A DNA stretch of 64,000 bases from a virus (taxonomy: Duplodnaviria > Caudoviricetes), in the IMG/VR virus record IMGVR_UViG_3300033075_000403, positions 1 through 64,000 of that record; one strand, written 5' to 3'. The notes under the pieces were generated by a model. It did no database searches. It was not told the DNA's origin and worked only from the letters and a program-made list of their open reading frames with translations. Of this stretch, positions 1 through 8,578 are shown piece after piece (positions within the stretch are counted from its first letter, which is position 1; the number at the start of each line of letters is the position of its first letter). The position numbers and the translations under genes were made by a program.

Positions 1-567
1 TTGTTAAGTTGGCACTATTCGCGAGAGTTTGCGAGACTGTCTGAGTCGTTGGCCATCGAACGCGAATTTGCAGACGTAGCACGGCAGCAACGCCAGGACG
101 CGGAGCAGGAGCGGGACGCGCTTGTGGAAGCGTTGAGGACGACGCAGGCGGAACGCGACGAAGCTGGGCGTGCTGGAGCGGAAACGCTGGAGCAATTACG
201 CAAGGCCAACGGCAAGATTCTCGACCTGGAGGCACGCCTTGCCCGCGTCGTGGCTGAAGGCGACAGACTGCACGACCGGGCGGCAGCGCTGGAAGTCGAA
301 CTGGCAAAAGCACGACAGGACTCCGCCGACATCGAACGCCGCTGCGACGTGGAGTTGGCACGGCGAACGGAGGTGTGGAAGGCACACATTGCGGAGCTGG
401 AGCGGCAGGTGGTGGAGCAGGAAGACGAGAAGGGCCGTGTGTGGGTCAATGCGGTGCAGTCCGCCCGGCGCGAGATTGGCGACGTGCTGCGTAGGGTGGA
501 GAAGTCGTGGAGCCTGCCCGAATCGTGCTGCGGAGTGGACACCAGCGAACAGGAGGAAGCATCGTGA
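1..567 (+). CDS. Coiled-coil hypothetical protein (probably 5' truncated)
   Basis: Open from base 1; heptad-like E/R/A/L-rich helix; stop overlaps next GTG (GTGA at 564-567). Confidence 0.7.
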   Translation: MLSWHYSREFARLSESLAIEREFADVARQQRQDAEQERDALVEALRTTQAERDEAGRAGAETLEQLRKANGKILDLEARLARVVAEGDRLHDRAAALEVELAKARQDSADIERRCDVELARRTEVWKAHIAELERQVVEQEDEKGRVWVNAVQSARREIGDVLRRVEKSWSLPESCCGVDTSEQEEAS

Positions 568-809
568 AACTAATCCATGAGATTCGCCGTGCAAGGAAAC
601 AGTACCAATGCACGGAGCAAAGCTACCACACGATCCACCCCGGCACTTACTACCTGTACGGCGTCTGCCCGCCGTGGCACGAAGCGAATCGCAGCAGGCC
701 AGGAGAGAAAAGGTACGATACGATCCGCGCCTGCCTGCGATGCACTGAGCGGTTTGGGCTGCACAACAGCGATACGCATGCACAATTGGAAAGGAAGATC
801 ACTGCATGA
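564..809 (+). CDS. Small phage Zn-binding protein (RARKxxxC...I.PG..Y...CxxC type)
   Basis: GTG at 564 after AGGAGG; IRRARKQYQC...IHPGTYY...ACLRC. Confidence 0.7.
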   Translation: MKLIHEIRRARKQYQCTEQSYHTIHPGTYYLYGVCPPWHEANRSRPGEKRYDTIRACLRCTERFGLHNSDTHAQLERKITA

Positions 810-916
810 GCAACCCCAACGAGTGCCCCCGCTGCGGGGCGACGACGCCGCACCAGACCTTCGCGAAGCTGGCGGCGGTGAATATGATGGTATTTTATTC
901 GCAAAATACCACATGA
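806..916 (+). pseudogene. Stranded 5' half of a CxxC gene interrupted by the HNH insertion
   Basis: MSNPNECPRCGATTPHQTFAKLAAVN aligns without gaps to the N-terminus of 1642..1851, then stops after 36 codons. Confidence 0.6.
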
Positions 917-921
917 TTGAT

Positions 922-951
922 TTGACCTCATATTGAGCTGCTTGGTATAAT
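922..951 (+). promoter_or_regulatory. Sigma70-like promoter of the HNH insert
   Basis: TTGACC (922-927), 18 nt, TG-n-TATAAT (extended -10; TATAAT 946-951). Confidence 0.75.
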
Positions 952-965
952 GATACTACGCGACA

Positions 966-1059
966 GGGGCGCAATACCTATCGTGTGAAACCGAGCAACG
1001 GCGAAAGCCGGTCATACCGCCAGCATTTGGGATTGCGCCCCGGATGTCTGGCGGTTTTT
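966..1059 (+). promoter_or_regulatory. Structured 5' leader (candidate attenuator or ncRNA) upstream of HNH
   Basis: GGGGCGCAAT 966-975 pairs with ATTGCGCCCC 1032-1041; CGGC-GAAA-GCCG 999-1010; ACCGCCAG 1016-1023 pairs with CTGGCGGT 1048-1055, followed by a T run. Confidence 0.55.
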
Positions 1060-1076
1060 CTTTTGTCGGGGGCGAC

Positions 1077-1625
1077 ATGAGCGATGAGATTTGGAAGGAT
1101 ATTCCTGGCTATGAGGGGCTGTACATGGTGTCGAGCCACGGGCGGGTGAAGTCACTGGAGCGGCTTGTGTTTAATCTATGTGGGGTCGTGAGGACATCGC
1201 GGTTGCAGTCCAAGATGCTGAAGCAGTGCACAAATAGGACCGGGCACAAGATGGTCGCCTTGTATAGCCGGTGCGGCAGTAAAAGAAGCCAACTTGTCCA
1301 CCGTCTTGTTTTGGAGTCTTTTATTGGATTGTGTCCAGCCGGAATGGAAGCATGCCACTTCCCTGACCGTGACCCGTCGAATAACCATCTGAATAATCTC
1401 CGATGGGGAACGCGCAAGGAGAACTGCGCTGACATGATTGAGCACGGAACAAGAAGAAAGGGCGGGCAGATTCCAAGTGCGAAGTTGAACTGCGACAATG
1501 TCAGGGAAATTCGCAGACTAATTGCGGCCAAACAAACACTGCGAAAGATTGGTGCAATCTTTGGGGTCTGCCACGATACCATTTCGAAAATCAAGAACGG
1601 GGAGACATGGAAGCACATCAACTGA
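1077..1625 (+). mobile_element. Free-standing NUMOD4-HNH homing endonuclease with C-terminal HTH
   Basis: N-terminal EIWKDIPGYEGLYMVSSHGRVKS (NUMOD4); VHRLVLESF...ACHFPDRDPSNNHLNNLRWGT (HNH_3); C-terminal LRKIGAIFGVCHDTISKIK. Confidence 0.92.
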
Positions 1626-1641
1626 AACAGGGGGGGCAGCC

Positions 1642-1851
1642 GTGAATTGCGCGCCGTTTTGTGATGGATGCGGAAGAGAGAATCCATCGGTTTCGCTGCA
1701 AAAACTAGCAGCAATAAATATCGAGCAGGCGAAGGAACTGACGCGGCTGCGGGCGGCTCTGGCCAGGATGCCAAACCCGGCATGTCACGAATGCGGAGGC
1801 GATGGGGTTGGCGGGAAACCATGCGATGCGTGTTGGAAAGGATGTGCGTGA
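1642..1851 (+). CDS. Small protein with two CxxC clusters and a coiled coil
   Basis: GTG at 1642; CDGC...KLAAINIEQAKELTRLRAAL...CHECGG...CDAC. Confidence 0.6.
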   Translation: MNCAPFCDGCGRENPSVSLQKLAAINIEQAKELTRLRAALARMPNPACHECGGDGVGGKPCDACWKGCA

Positions 1852-2168
1852 TGGCGACAGAAGTTCCGAATATCGGCAGGATTCTGCCGACAAACGAGTC
1901 GATTGGGCGTGACGCGGTACACGTCGCTATTGTCCCGGTGATTGCTGCGGAAACGCTGCAACCGGGCCAGCGGGTTGGCTTGATTTACCAAGGCGCTGAT
2001 GTTGTTGGTACGAATGGCCTCATTGCGTCTTGCGGGATTGTGGACCCGTACCTAACGGACCCAGTTCGGAAAGGGCAGCGTTTCTACCTGTTCCTTTATC
2101 CCGGCACTGTGACCAGCCTGCGGCACGAATGGACGCACCCCCTATTCGACGGAAAGGACAAGCCATGA
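1851..2168 (+). CDS. Conserved phage hypothetical protein
   Basis: GRDAVHVA...GIVDPYL...GQRFYLFLYPGTVTSLRHEW pattern; coupled to both neighbours. Confidence 0.75.
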   Translation: MATEVPNIGRILPTNESIGRDAVHVAIVPVIAAETLQPGQRVGLIYQGADVVGTNGLIASCGIVDPYLTDPVRKGQRFYLFLYPGTVTSLRHEWTHPLFDGKDKP

Positions 2169-2524
2169 ACGACGACGAGAAAGACCGGGCTGCGTTCTGG
2201 AACATGATCCGCATGGACCCGGCCAACGACGCCAATCGTCTTGTGTTCGCAGATTGGTGCGAGGAACGCGGCGACATGGAACTAGCCGAGATGCTTCGCG
2301 GCGGATCGCGGAAGTGGATCGAGGACATCGCGCCAGCATTCGAGATGGACTACCAAGAACTGATGGATCACATTAAGTACGACAATTGCAACACACAGTA
2401 CGACGCCGAATCGTGGCAGGATACATGGTACGAAATCAAGGAAGATTTTTTCCGCCACTACAAGGTGATGACTGGAGATGACGCTGTGAAAGAAACATGC
2501 TACCCGTTCTCTTGTTCATGCTGA
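2165..2524 (+). CDS. TIGR02996-like (planctomycete repeat-companion) domain protein
   Basis: AAFWNMIRMDPANDANRLVFADWCEERGD matches the FLxAIxxxPxDDxxRLxxADWLxExG pattern. Confidence 0.8.
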   Translation: MNDDEKDRAAFWNMIRMDPANDANRLVFADWCEERGDMELAEMLRGGSRKWIEDIAPAFEMDYQELMDHIKYDNCNTQYDAESWQDTWYEIKEDFFRHYKVMTGDDAVKETCYPFSCSC

Positions 2525-2537
2525 AAGGCGGCCCCCA

Positions 2538-2714
2538 ATGACCCGCGAAGACCTGACCCGCTGGCATCGCGAATGGGAGGCCGAGCTTGCCAGCGGGCGG
2601 GTACGCATGTGGGCGGCGTTCCTGGTGGAGCGGATTAATGAGGAATTAGATAAGTGTAGACGTGAATCACGCGACGATACATCATCTGAAGACAACATTA
2701 CGATCAAGGAGTGA
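2538..2714 (+). CDS. Hypothetical protein (58 aa)
   Basis: ATG 2538 to TGA 2714 fills the gap before the primase. Confidence 0.45.
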   Translation: MTREDLTRWHREWEAELASGRVRMWAAFLVERINEELDKCRRESRDDTSSEDNITIKE

Positions 2715-2717
2715 CCC

Positions 2718-4862
2718 TTGCCGAAGGTAAATACAACCCCCTCCACACTCAGACCCTACGAAGCACACGGAGTCGTCCTCGATTGGAAGGAAGGGGGGAA
2801 ACAGGCCAGCGGGTCGTGCCCCTTTTGTTCATCGGAAGGCAAGTTCACTGTCAGCGTGGCGAAGGGTTTGTGGCGTTGCTTCAGCTGCAACTGTGGGCCA
2901 GATCGCGGCAAGCCGGTGCGTGGTGGGAACGCGGGGGACTTCCTCGAACTGCTCCACGAAACGGCGGCGAAGACGCAGATCAACGGATACGATGTACTGG
3001 CTCAGTCCCGCAGTCTGCTCAACGAATCCACCTTGGAAAAATGGGGGTGCGTGAAATCGCACCTGACCGGGGAGTGGATCGTGCCGGGGTATGACGTGGC
3101 GGGTAAAGTCCACAACCTCTACCGATGGGGAGTGAACCACAAGACCGGCAAGGGGGTGCTGTATTCCACGCCAGACACGACACACGGGCTGTTCGGAGTT
3201 CATCTGCTTGAGGGCAGGGAGAAGCTGTTTTTGACCGAAGGCCCCTGGGATGCGATGGCTCTGTGGGAAGCGGAGGGGGGTGAGATCGACGTACTGGCCG
3301 TACCAGGCTGCACGACGTTCCTGCCGGAGTGGGCATCGTTGTTCGCGGGAAAGGACGTGGTGATTCTGTACGATTCGGACCATGCTCGCGACACTCCAGC
3401 GGGTAGGGTGGACGGTGCAGGGTTCGGTGGGGTCAAACGGGTGTGCAAGACCCTCAAGGAGAGTGCGGACCCTCCCCGTTCGGTGTCCTACCTCAAGTGG
3501 GGACCGGAGGGGTACGACCCTACCTTGCCGAGCGGAACCGACATCCGTGATTTCCTCAAGAAAGGGGAGACACTGGAGAAACGACGGGAGATCGTCCAGG
3601 CCCTTCTCTCTGCGGTGGTCCCCTGCCCCGACACCTGGGTCAGCGACGAAAGCGTAACGGTGGCGTCATGTGAAACGTGGGCGCAGTTGGTCGAGGTTTG
3701 CGAGAAGGCGATGTACTGGACCGAGGGGTTGGATCGTGCCTTCTCGTGTATGCTCGCCTGTGTGATCTCAACAGAAACTCCAGAGGACCGCCTATGGCTC
3801 ATGGTGGTATCACCTCCATCCACGGGTAAGTCGAGTCTCTGCGATGCTCTCTGCAAGGCTCGTTCTCATGTTCTCAACGTGGGTGTGTTCAAGGGGTTCC
3901 ACAGCGGGTATCAGGTAGACAAGGAAGGAACAGAAAACCAGTCTCTCGCATTCCGGCTCAAGAGCAAGACGATGGTGACGACGGACGGCGACACGTTGCT
4001 TCAGTCTCCCTTCAAGGATCAGATCCTTGCGGAAGCACGGGTGATCTATGACGGCCATTTCGCCGCCGAGTTCAAGAACAAGATGAAGATGGTGTACGAG
4101 GATTGGAAGATCACCTGGATCTTGTGCGGTACGTCCTCGCTGCGAGCGCTGGACACGTCGGAGCTGGGTCAGCGATTCCTTTCCGTGGTGGTGATGGACG
4201 ACATCGACGAGGACATGGAGGCGGCGGTGAACTGGTCGAGGTCGATGCAGATTCAGCGGTCCTTCGCTGGTGCCAACCAGGACGAGCAAGACAGCCCCGA
4301 ACGTGTCTTGATGAAGAAGATGACGGGGGGATACATCAACTACCTTAGGTCGAGGGTGGGGGAGTTGCTCAAGGAGATCCGCATGCCCAAGGAGGCAACC
4401 CTGGAGTGTAACCGCATGGCAGAGTTCACCGCATTCATGCGGGCGCGCCCTTCCGAGAAGCAGAAGGAGGAAGTCCACCGGGAGTTCTCCACGCGCCTTG
4501 TGACTCAGTTGACGAAGCTGGCGTACTGCCTCGCGGTGGTGATGAACAAGACGACCATCGACAAGGAAGTGATGAGGAGGGTGCGGCGAACCGCGATGGA
4601 CACGGCGCGGGGGTTGACTCTCAAGATGGCGAAGCGGATGCTGGAGACGGGGGACACGGGGACGACGGTAGGCGCGCTGGCGTCACACCTCGGCCTGTCC
4701 TCGGCAGAGACGGCCAAGCTGTTGCGGTTCCTTCTGCGAATCAAGGCGGTGGAGTTCATTCAGCCCAAGACGGCATTCGGTGCCGCCACGGACAAGCCGC
4801 GATGGAGACTCACGGCGCGACTCACCAAACTGTGCAAGGAAGCGATGGAGGATCAACCTTGA
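2718..4862 (+). CDS. DNA primase-helicase: Zn finger + TOPRIM + P-loop ATPase + C-terminal wHTH
   Basis: CPFC...WRCFSC; FLTEGPWDAMAL and VILYDSD (TOPRIM acidic motifs); SPPSTGKS Walker A. Confidence 0.85.
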   Translation: MPKVNTTPSTLRPYEAHGVVLDWKEGGKQASGSCPFCSSEGKFTVSVAKGLWRCFSCNCGPDRGKPVRGGNAGDFLELLHETAAKTQINGYDVLAQSRSLLNESTLEKWGCVKSHLTGEWIVPGYDVAGKVHNLYRWGVNHKTGKGVLYSTPDTTHGLFGVHLLEGREKLFLTEGPWDAMALWEAEGGEIDVLAVPGCTTFLPEWASLFAGKDVVILYDSDHARDTPAGRVDGAGFGGVKRVCKTLKESADPPRSVSYLKWGPEGYDPTLPSGTDIRDFLKKGETLEKRREIVQALLSAVVPCPDTWVSDESVTVASCETWAQLVEVCEKAMYWTEGLDRAFSCMLACVISTETPEDRLWLMVVSPPSTGKSSLCDALCKARSHVLNVGVFKGFHSGYQVDKEGTENQSLAFRLKSKTMVTTDGDTLLQSPFKDQILAEARVIYDGHFAAEFKNKMKMVYEDWKITWILCGTSSLRALDTSELGQRFLSVVVMDDIDEDMEAAVNWSRSMQIQRSFAGANQDEQDSPERVLMKKMTGGYINYLRSRVGELLKEIRMPKEATLECNRMAEFTAFMRARPSEKQKEEVHREFSTRLVTQLTKLAYCLAVVMNKTTIDKEVMRRVRRTAMDTARGLTLKMAKRMLETGDTGTTVGALASHLGLSSAETAKLLRFLLRIKAVEFIQPKTAFGAATDKPRWRLTARLTKLCKEAMEDQP

Positions 4863-5140
4863 AACCCAAGACCAACGACAAAAACGTCTGGAAGATCACC
4901 AGGGCCAAGAAATCCCATCGGTGCGATGCTCACCGGGGTTCCGGTGGGGATACCTTGGAGATCGAGGAGGGGGATTACTACCTCCACCGTTCCACGTGTG
5001 ACAAGGGAAGGTGGTACACCGACAGGGTGTGCATGGAGTGTGCGGTGAAAGGGACGAGTTTACCGTCTACCCGTCAAAAGCTGGAGGAGTTGCACGCGAA
5101 AAACCTGGAGAACAAAGAGAAAAAGGAGAGGGTGCCGTGA
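4859..5140 (+). CDS. Small phage Zn-binding protein, paralogue of 564..809
   Basis: TTG overlapping primase stop; ITRAKKSHRC...IEEGDYY...VCMEC. Confidence 0.65.
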   Translation: MKPKTNDKNVWKITRAKKSHRCDAHRGSGGDTLEIEEGDYYLHRSTCDKGRWYTDRVCMECAVKGTSLPSTRQKLEELHAKNLENKEKKERVP

Positions 5141-5406
5141 GCTACGAAATCAAGAAACTGAAATGGAAACGGGTAGAGGAAACGTGGACAACGCGAGCGG
5201 TGGTTACCGTCACGGATGACCGTATCGTGACATGGTTTGTCACTGTATTTCATTCCAATGATGGTAGTAGGTGGGGGTTGTCTGGTCTTCCTTACCCTAC
5301 CTCCTACTTCAAGAGTCGAGCAGACGCGATGAAAGCGGTGGAACGGATGCACCAGAAGGCGGTTCGCCGGCTCCTGAGTCCAACGAGAAAGGGAAGTGTA
5401 CCGTGA
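5137..5406 (+). CDS. Hypothetical protein of the Y.IK.L.W paralogue family
   Basis: GTG at 5137 after AAGGAG; SYEIKKLKW...FKSRADAMKAVERMHQKAVRRLL. Confidence 0.65.
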   Translation: MSYEIKKLKWKRVEETWTTRAVVTVTDDRIVTWFVTVFHSNDGSRWGLSGLPYPTSYFKSRADAMKAVERMHQKAVRRLLSPTRKGSVP

Positions 5407-5475
5407 CCCCCGCCCTGGGGGTGATCGGCTCCAGACCGATCCCCCCTCCCCCGCCGTTTCAGCCGATCCAGTTCC

Positions 5476-5607
5476 CTAACGCGAAGTAGACTTCCGGCGG
5501 CGCTTGGCGGGCAGTTTAATGCCAAGTTTTTCCAGCTTCTTCGCGTCGTGCTGACGGAAGCCGGATGCGATGCAGTAGGTGACGAACAGAATCAGAAACG
5601 TGGTCAT
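5476..5607 (-). CDS. Small membrane protein
   Basis: ATG 5607 after GGAGG; hydrophobic N-terminus, basic tail. Confidence 0.5.
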   Translation of the reverse strand: MTTFLILFVTYCIASGFRQHDAKKLEKLGIKLPAKRRRKSTSR

Positions 5608-5705
5608 GTGGACCTCCAGAGTGAAAAAGAGAGGGCTTCCCACGAGGGATAGCCCTTTGTTCGTTCCAGGATTGACGGATAGACGATTAGACGCCACGGG
5701 CAGGC

Positions 5706-6023
5706 TTACCACTGGTCATGAATCGCAGCGTCTCCCGTAGGCTGCTGGACGTTCTTCGTGACCAATGCGATGCGGTAGATGCCGAAGCATCCGGCGCATC
5801 GTTTCGAGGGGTTGGCGGAAACGACGCGGCAGCAATCGTCACACCACGGGGCCTTGAACGCCGGGGGTGGTTGTGGCGGGTTGCGTTTTCGTTCCGCGAG
5901 TATCCGTGCGGCTTCTTTCCAGCCCTCTTTGTCGAGGTCGTGTTGCCGTTTCTCTCGAATGATCCACCAGGCCAAGAGAGAACCGAGAGCGGCAACGGCG
6001 AGAGTGATGAGGGTGTAGGTCAT
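5706..6023 (-). CDS. Membrane-anchored protein with CxxC...CxxC
   Basis: N-terminal TM helix; CDDC...CAGC. Confidence 0.6.
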   Translation of the reverse strand: MTYTLITLAVAALGSLLAWWIIREKRQHDLDKEGWKEAARILAERKRNPPQPPPAFKAPWCDDCCRVVSANPSKRCAGCFGIYRIALVTKNVQQPTGDAAIHDQW

Positions 6024-6283
6024 GGTTTTTCCTTTCGTCCTCGGATCATCTTACCCCCGCCGATGGTTCCACCCTCGCGATACGCGCCGAAGGGGAAACC
6101 GCACTTGCGGGGAGCTTTGCGGTACTTCTCAACGCTGTTCCAGTCGAGCAGCCATCGACCCTGGGTGTCCTTGGTGCCGGTGATGATCCCGGCGCTGATG
6201 ACTTCCTGGACGCGGTTGCGGGAGAGTTTGAGGCGTTCCGCAGCTTGCTTGACGGTGAGGGGTGGGTGTGTGATTTCTGGCAC
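6020..6283 (-). CDS. Excisionase-like helix-turn-helix DNA-binding protein
   Basis: LTVKQAAERLKLSRNRVQEVISAGIITGTK...W (HTH_17 pattern). Confidence 0.8.
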   Translation of the reverse strand: MPEITHPPLTVKQAAERLKLSRNRVQEVISAGIITGTKDTQGRWLLDWNSVEKYRKAPRKCGFPFGAYREGGTIGGGKMIRGRKEKP

Positions 6284-6338
6284 GGGGTTCTCCTTGTTGA
6301 TAAAGAAGGGGGGCGAATGTTACCCCCTTGGTGGTGTG

Positions 6339-6599
6339 TTAGGCGTACTCTCGATTCGTGGGGTAAACCTTGCAACCATCGCGATAGCGTTCCTTGGCCG
6401 CTTCGCGTTCGCTGATGATCCGCTGGCTGGACAGGGCCGCCGGCCAGACGGGGTTCTCTGCGTACAACTCGTCGCCAGTGGTTTTTAGCCACACCAAGGC
6501 GTCAGCGCGGTTATCGAATCGCTCCCAGGTGTGCTTCGATTCGCCGGGGTAGCCGATGACTGCAACCATGTCCGTCTCCTTCTTTTGTGTGTTCGCCAC
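6339..6599 (-). CDS. Hypothetical protein
   Basis: ORF in the co-oriented minus-strand cluster; start may be 6569. Confidence 0.6.
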   Translation of the reverse strand: MANTQKKETDMVAVIGYPGESKHTWERFDNRADALVWLKTTGDELYAENPVWPAALSSQRIISEREAAKERYRDGCKVYPTNREYA

Positions 6600-6636
6600 T
6601 GGTCGCCGTGGCCGCGTGTGTGGTGTTGTGAATTGG

Positions 6637-6858
6637 TTAGCTCCGTCGCAGCATCGACACGATCACCCATCCGGTTGCCACAGAAACGGCGAGCATCACG
6701 GCGGCCTCGGCTGGGCGATGCCAGCATGCCAGCGACGCCACGCTGACTGTCGCGGAGATGGCCGCAGCCAATGCCACGACGCCGGCGATGCCTGACGTTA
6801 GCTGGATCGCCATTTGCTGCAACTCCATCGCCTCACGATTGTCGTCGGCGGTTGCCAT
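6637..6858 (-). CDS. Small two-TM membrane protein
   Basis: Two hydrophobic segments; AAGGAG upstream. Confidence 0.6.
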   Translation of the reverse strand: MATADDNREAMELQQMAIQLTSGIAGVVALAAAISATVSVASLACWHRPAEAAVMLAVSVATGWVIVSMLRRS

Positions 6859-6912
6859 GGTCGTTCTCCTTGGTTGTGGGGGGCTGGTGGTCGTCCCCGT
6901 GAGTGTGTGGTG

Positions 6913-7113
6913 TTACTTGGCATCGTCATAGCCAGTGTTCCATCCGGCCTGATGGCTGGCCTGCATTGGTCCGTCGATGATCTCGGCGATTTGCTTCGCG
7001 GTCAACGCTTCGAGCAGACTTTCGGGAATGTTTTTCAGACGTGCCGCAAACGTGCGGGGGTAGCGTGCTGTGTCGCAAAGACGGACGACACGGTTGTACT
7101 TGATCTTGCTCAT
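6913..7113 (-). CDS. Hypothetical protein
   Basis: ATG 7113 (MSKIKYN) after AAGGAG. Confidence 0.6.
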   Translation of the reverse strand: MSKIKYNRVVRLCDTARYPRTFAARLKNIPESLLEALTAKQIAEIIDGPMQASHQAGWNTGYDDAK

Positions 7114-7189
7114 GGTTTGGCTCCTTGTTGAGTTTAAAACGGCTCCTGTTCTCCCCTCCCTCAAACGAGAGAAGGGGGAACGGGGGCCG

Positions 7190-7714
7190 TCACTCGTCGT
7201 CGAGGTCGCAATCACAGGTGTCGCTTTCGCATTCCCTGCACCATCGTTCCGGCTGTGTGTACTGCACTGTGTCATGCTCGCCTGGGTTGCGTTGACTGCC
7301 GCACGACTTCTCCACGCGATGCAGCCCGCAGGTGCGGCAGTGGCGGGTGAACACCATTGACGTACCGCCCGTGGACCACACGCCGGGATTCTGGTCGCAA
7401 CCGCCTTCCCCTTCTCCGGTCCAGTCGTGATCGCATGACGTGTCGCCCCCGGCTTGCTCGATGAGGTAATCGTAGTCGGGTTCGATTTCAACTGTGATTT
7501 CCTCGCGGTCGATCTCTTCGCCGTTCTCGTCTTCCGCCGTCACCCAGACGGTTACGGAAGCCCCTTCTCTGCCCCAGTCGCCGTTCTTGCAAAGAGCCTC
7601 GGCCATCTCCAGGGCTTCGTCCATGTCCTCGGCGTCCAGTTCCTCGCTGTGTCCACCTTCTTCGTGGTAGGTGTAGGTGATGGCGGTTTCTTCGGTCGTG
7701 TCGTGGTCGCTCAT
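7190..7714 (-). CDS. Highly acidic Cys-containing hypothetical protein
   Basis: D/E-rich; CRTC and CREC motifs; GGAGG upstream. Confidence 0.7.
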   Translation of the reverse strand: MSDHDTTEETAITYTYHEEGGHSEELDAEDMDEALEMAEALCKNGDWGREGASVTVWVTAEDENGEEIDREEITVEIEPDYDYLIEQAGGDTSCDHDWTGEGEGGCDQNPGVWSTGGTSMVFTRHCRTCGLHRVEKSCGSQRNPGEHDTVQYTQPERWCRECESDTCDCDLDDE

Positions 7715-7789
7715 GTTTTACCTCCAGAGTTCGAGTAGTTGGCCGCTCCCGTTCCCCCCGCGCTGGCAGGGGGTGGGGGAGGGGTCAGA

Positions 7790-8155
7790 CTAGATCCAGC
7801 GGTGATTGAATTTGTACCAGGTGCCGTGGAGGGACTGGGAGAGGCAATCTACTAGGTGATACCCCATATCCATGCCTCCGCCGTTGACGACAAGGCCGTC
7901 GTACTTGGGGTGCCTCTTGTAGCCGAGCGTTAGCCCGACGTAGTAGGAGATGCACCACGGCTCGTTGTCGCGGATGATATAGCAGTCGATCCGTCGCTGC
8001 ATGCCGGACGTGCTGACGTGGCGCAGGACGGTGTACACCGTCGTCCCCACGGGGCAGAGCTTGAGGAGTTCCGCGCGGACGCGGGCGCGCTCCTCGGCGG
8101 CCTGTTGCTTCTTGCTGGCGGGCTTTGCCGGCTTCGCTGGTTTCGTGGTCGTCAT
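7790..8155 (-). CDS. Conserved phage early-region hypothetical protein
   Basis: TVYTVLRHVSTSGMQRRID...LVVNGGGMDMGYHLV pattern; AAGGAG upstream. Confidence 0.7.
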   Translation of the reverse strand: MTTTKPAKPAKPASKKQQAAEERARVRAELLKLCPVGTTVYTVLRHVSTSGMQRRIDCYIIRDNEPWCISYYVGLTLGYKRHPKYDGLVVNGGGMDMGYHLVDCLSQSLHGTWYKFNHRWI

Positions 8156-8192
8156 GGTTTCGGCTCCTTTAGTGGTGGTGCGGTAGTGGTCG

Positions 8193-8489
8193 TTACTTCG
8201 CCAGTTGTTCGGCTTGCCGGTCGTCGATGGATTCCAGCACGGCGGCGAGCCGTTCGACCATCTCGGTTGACTTTTCTAAAGCGATTGTTAGGGTTTCGAT
8301 ACGCTCTTGCAGTGTGACGATTTCGTCATCGAGACTCGCAATCGTTTTGTCGTGGTCGTCCAGTCGGTCGGCGAGTTTGTCTGTCGCTCCGATGGTAGCC
8401 CGTTCGGCGCGCTCTGCATCGTACATGGCGAAAAGCAAACGGTCGTCCTGTCGCGGCGCTGGGGTGGCTTTCTTTCCAATGGTCGGCAT
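8193..8489 (-). CDS. Coiled-coil hypothetical protein
   Basis: ATG 8489 after AAGGAGG; heptad repeats. Confidence 0.65.
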   Translation of the reverse strand: MPTIGKKATPAPRQDDRLLFAMYDAERAERATIGATDKLADRLDDHDKTIASLDDEIVTLQERIETLTIALEKSTEMVERLAAVLESIDDRQAEQLAK

Positions 8490-8578
8490 GGTCTTACCCT
8501 CCTTTGTGGTGATGTCCTCGGCACTCTCCAGCGCCCCCCGCGCACGGGGAGCATTAGAGAAAGTCGGGGCGTCGCGGA

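Noticed and set aside
886-1721. HNH insert as a group I intron
   Set aside because: No possible 3' boundary in the shared AATAT ends in G, no P7-like core seen, and the insert has its own promoter and a replacement gene start
6020-6283. Excisionase implying an integration module
   Set aside because: No integrase or att-like core recognised; such HTH genes are common stand-alone regulators
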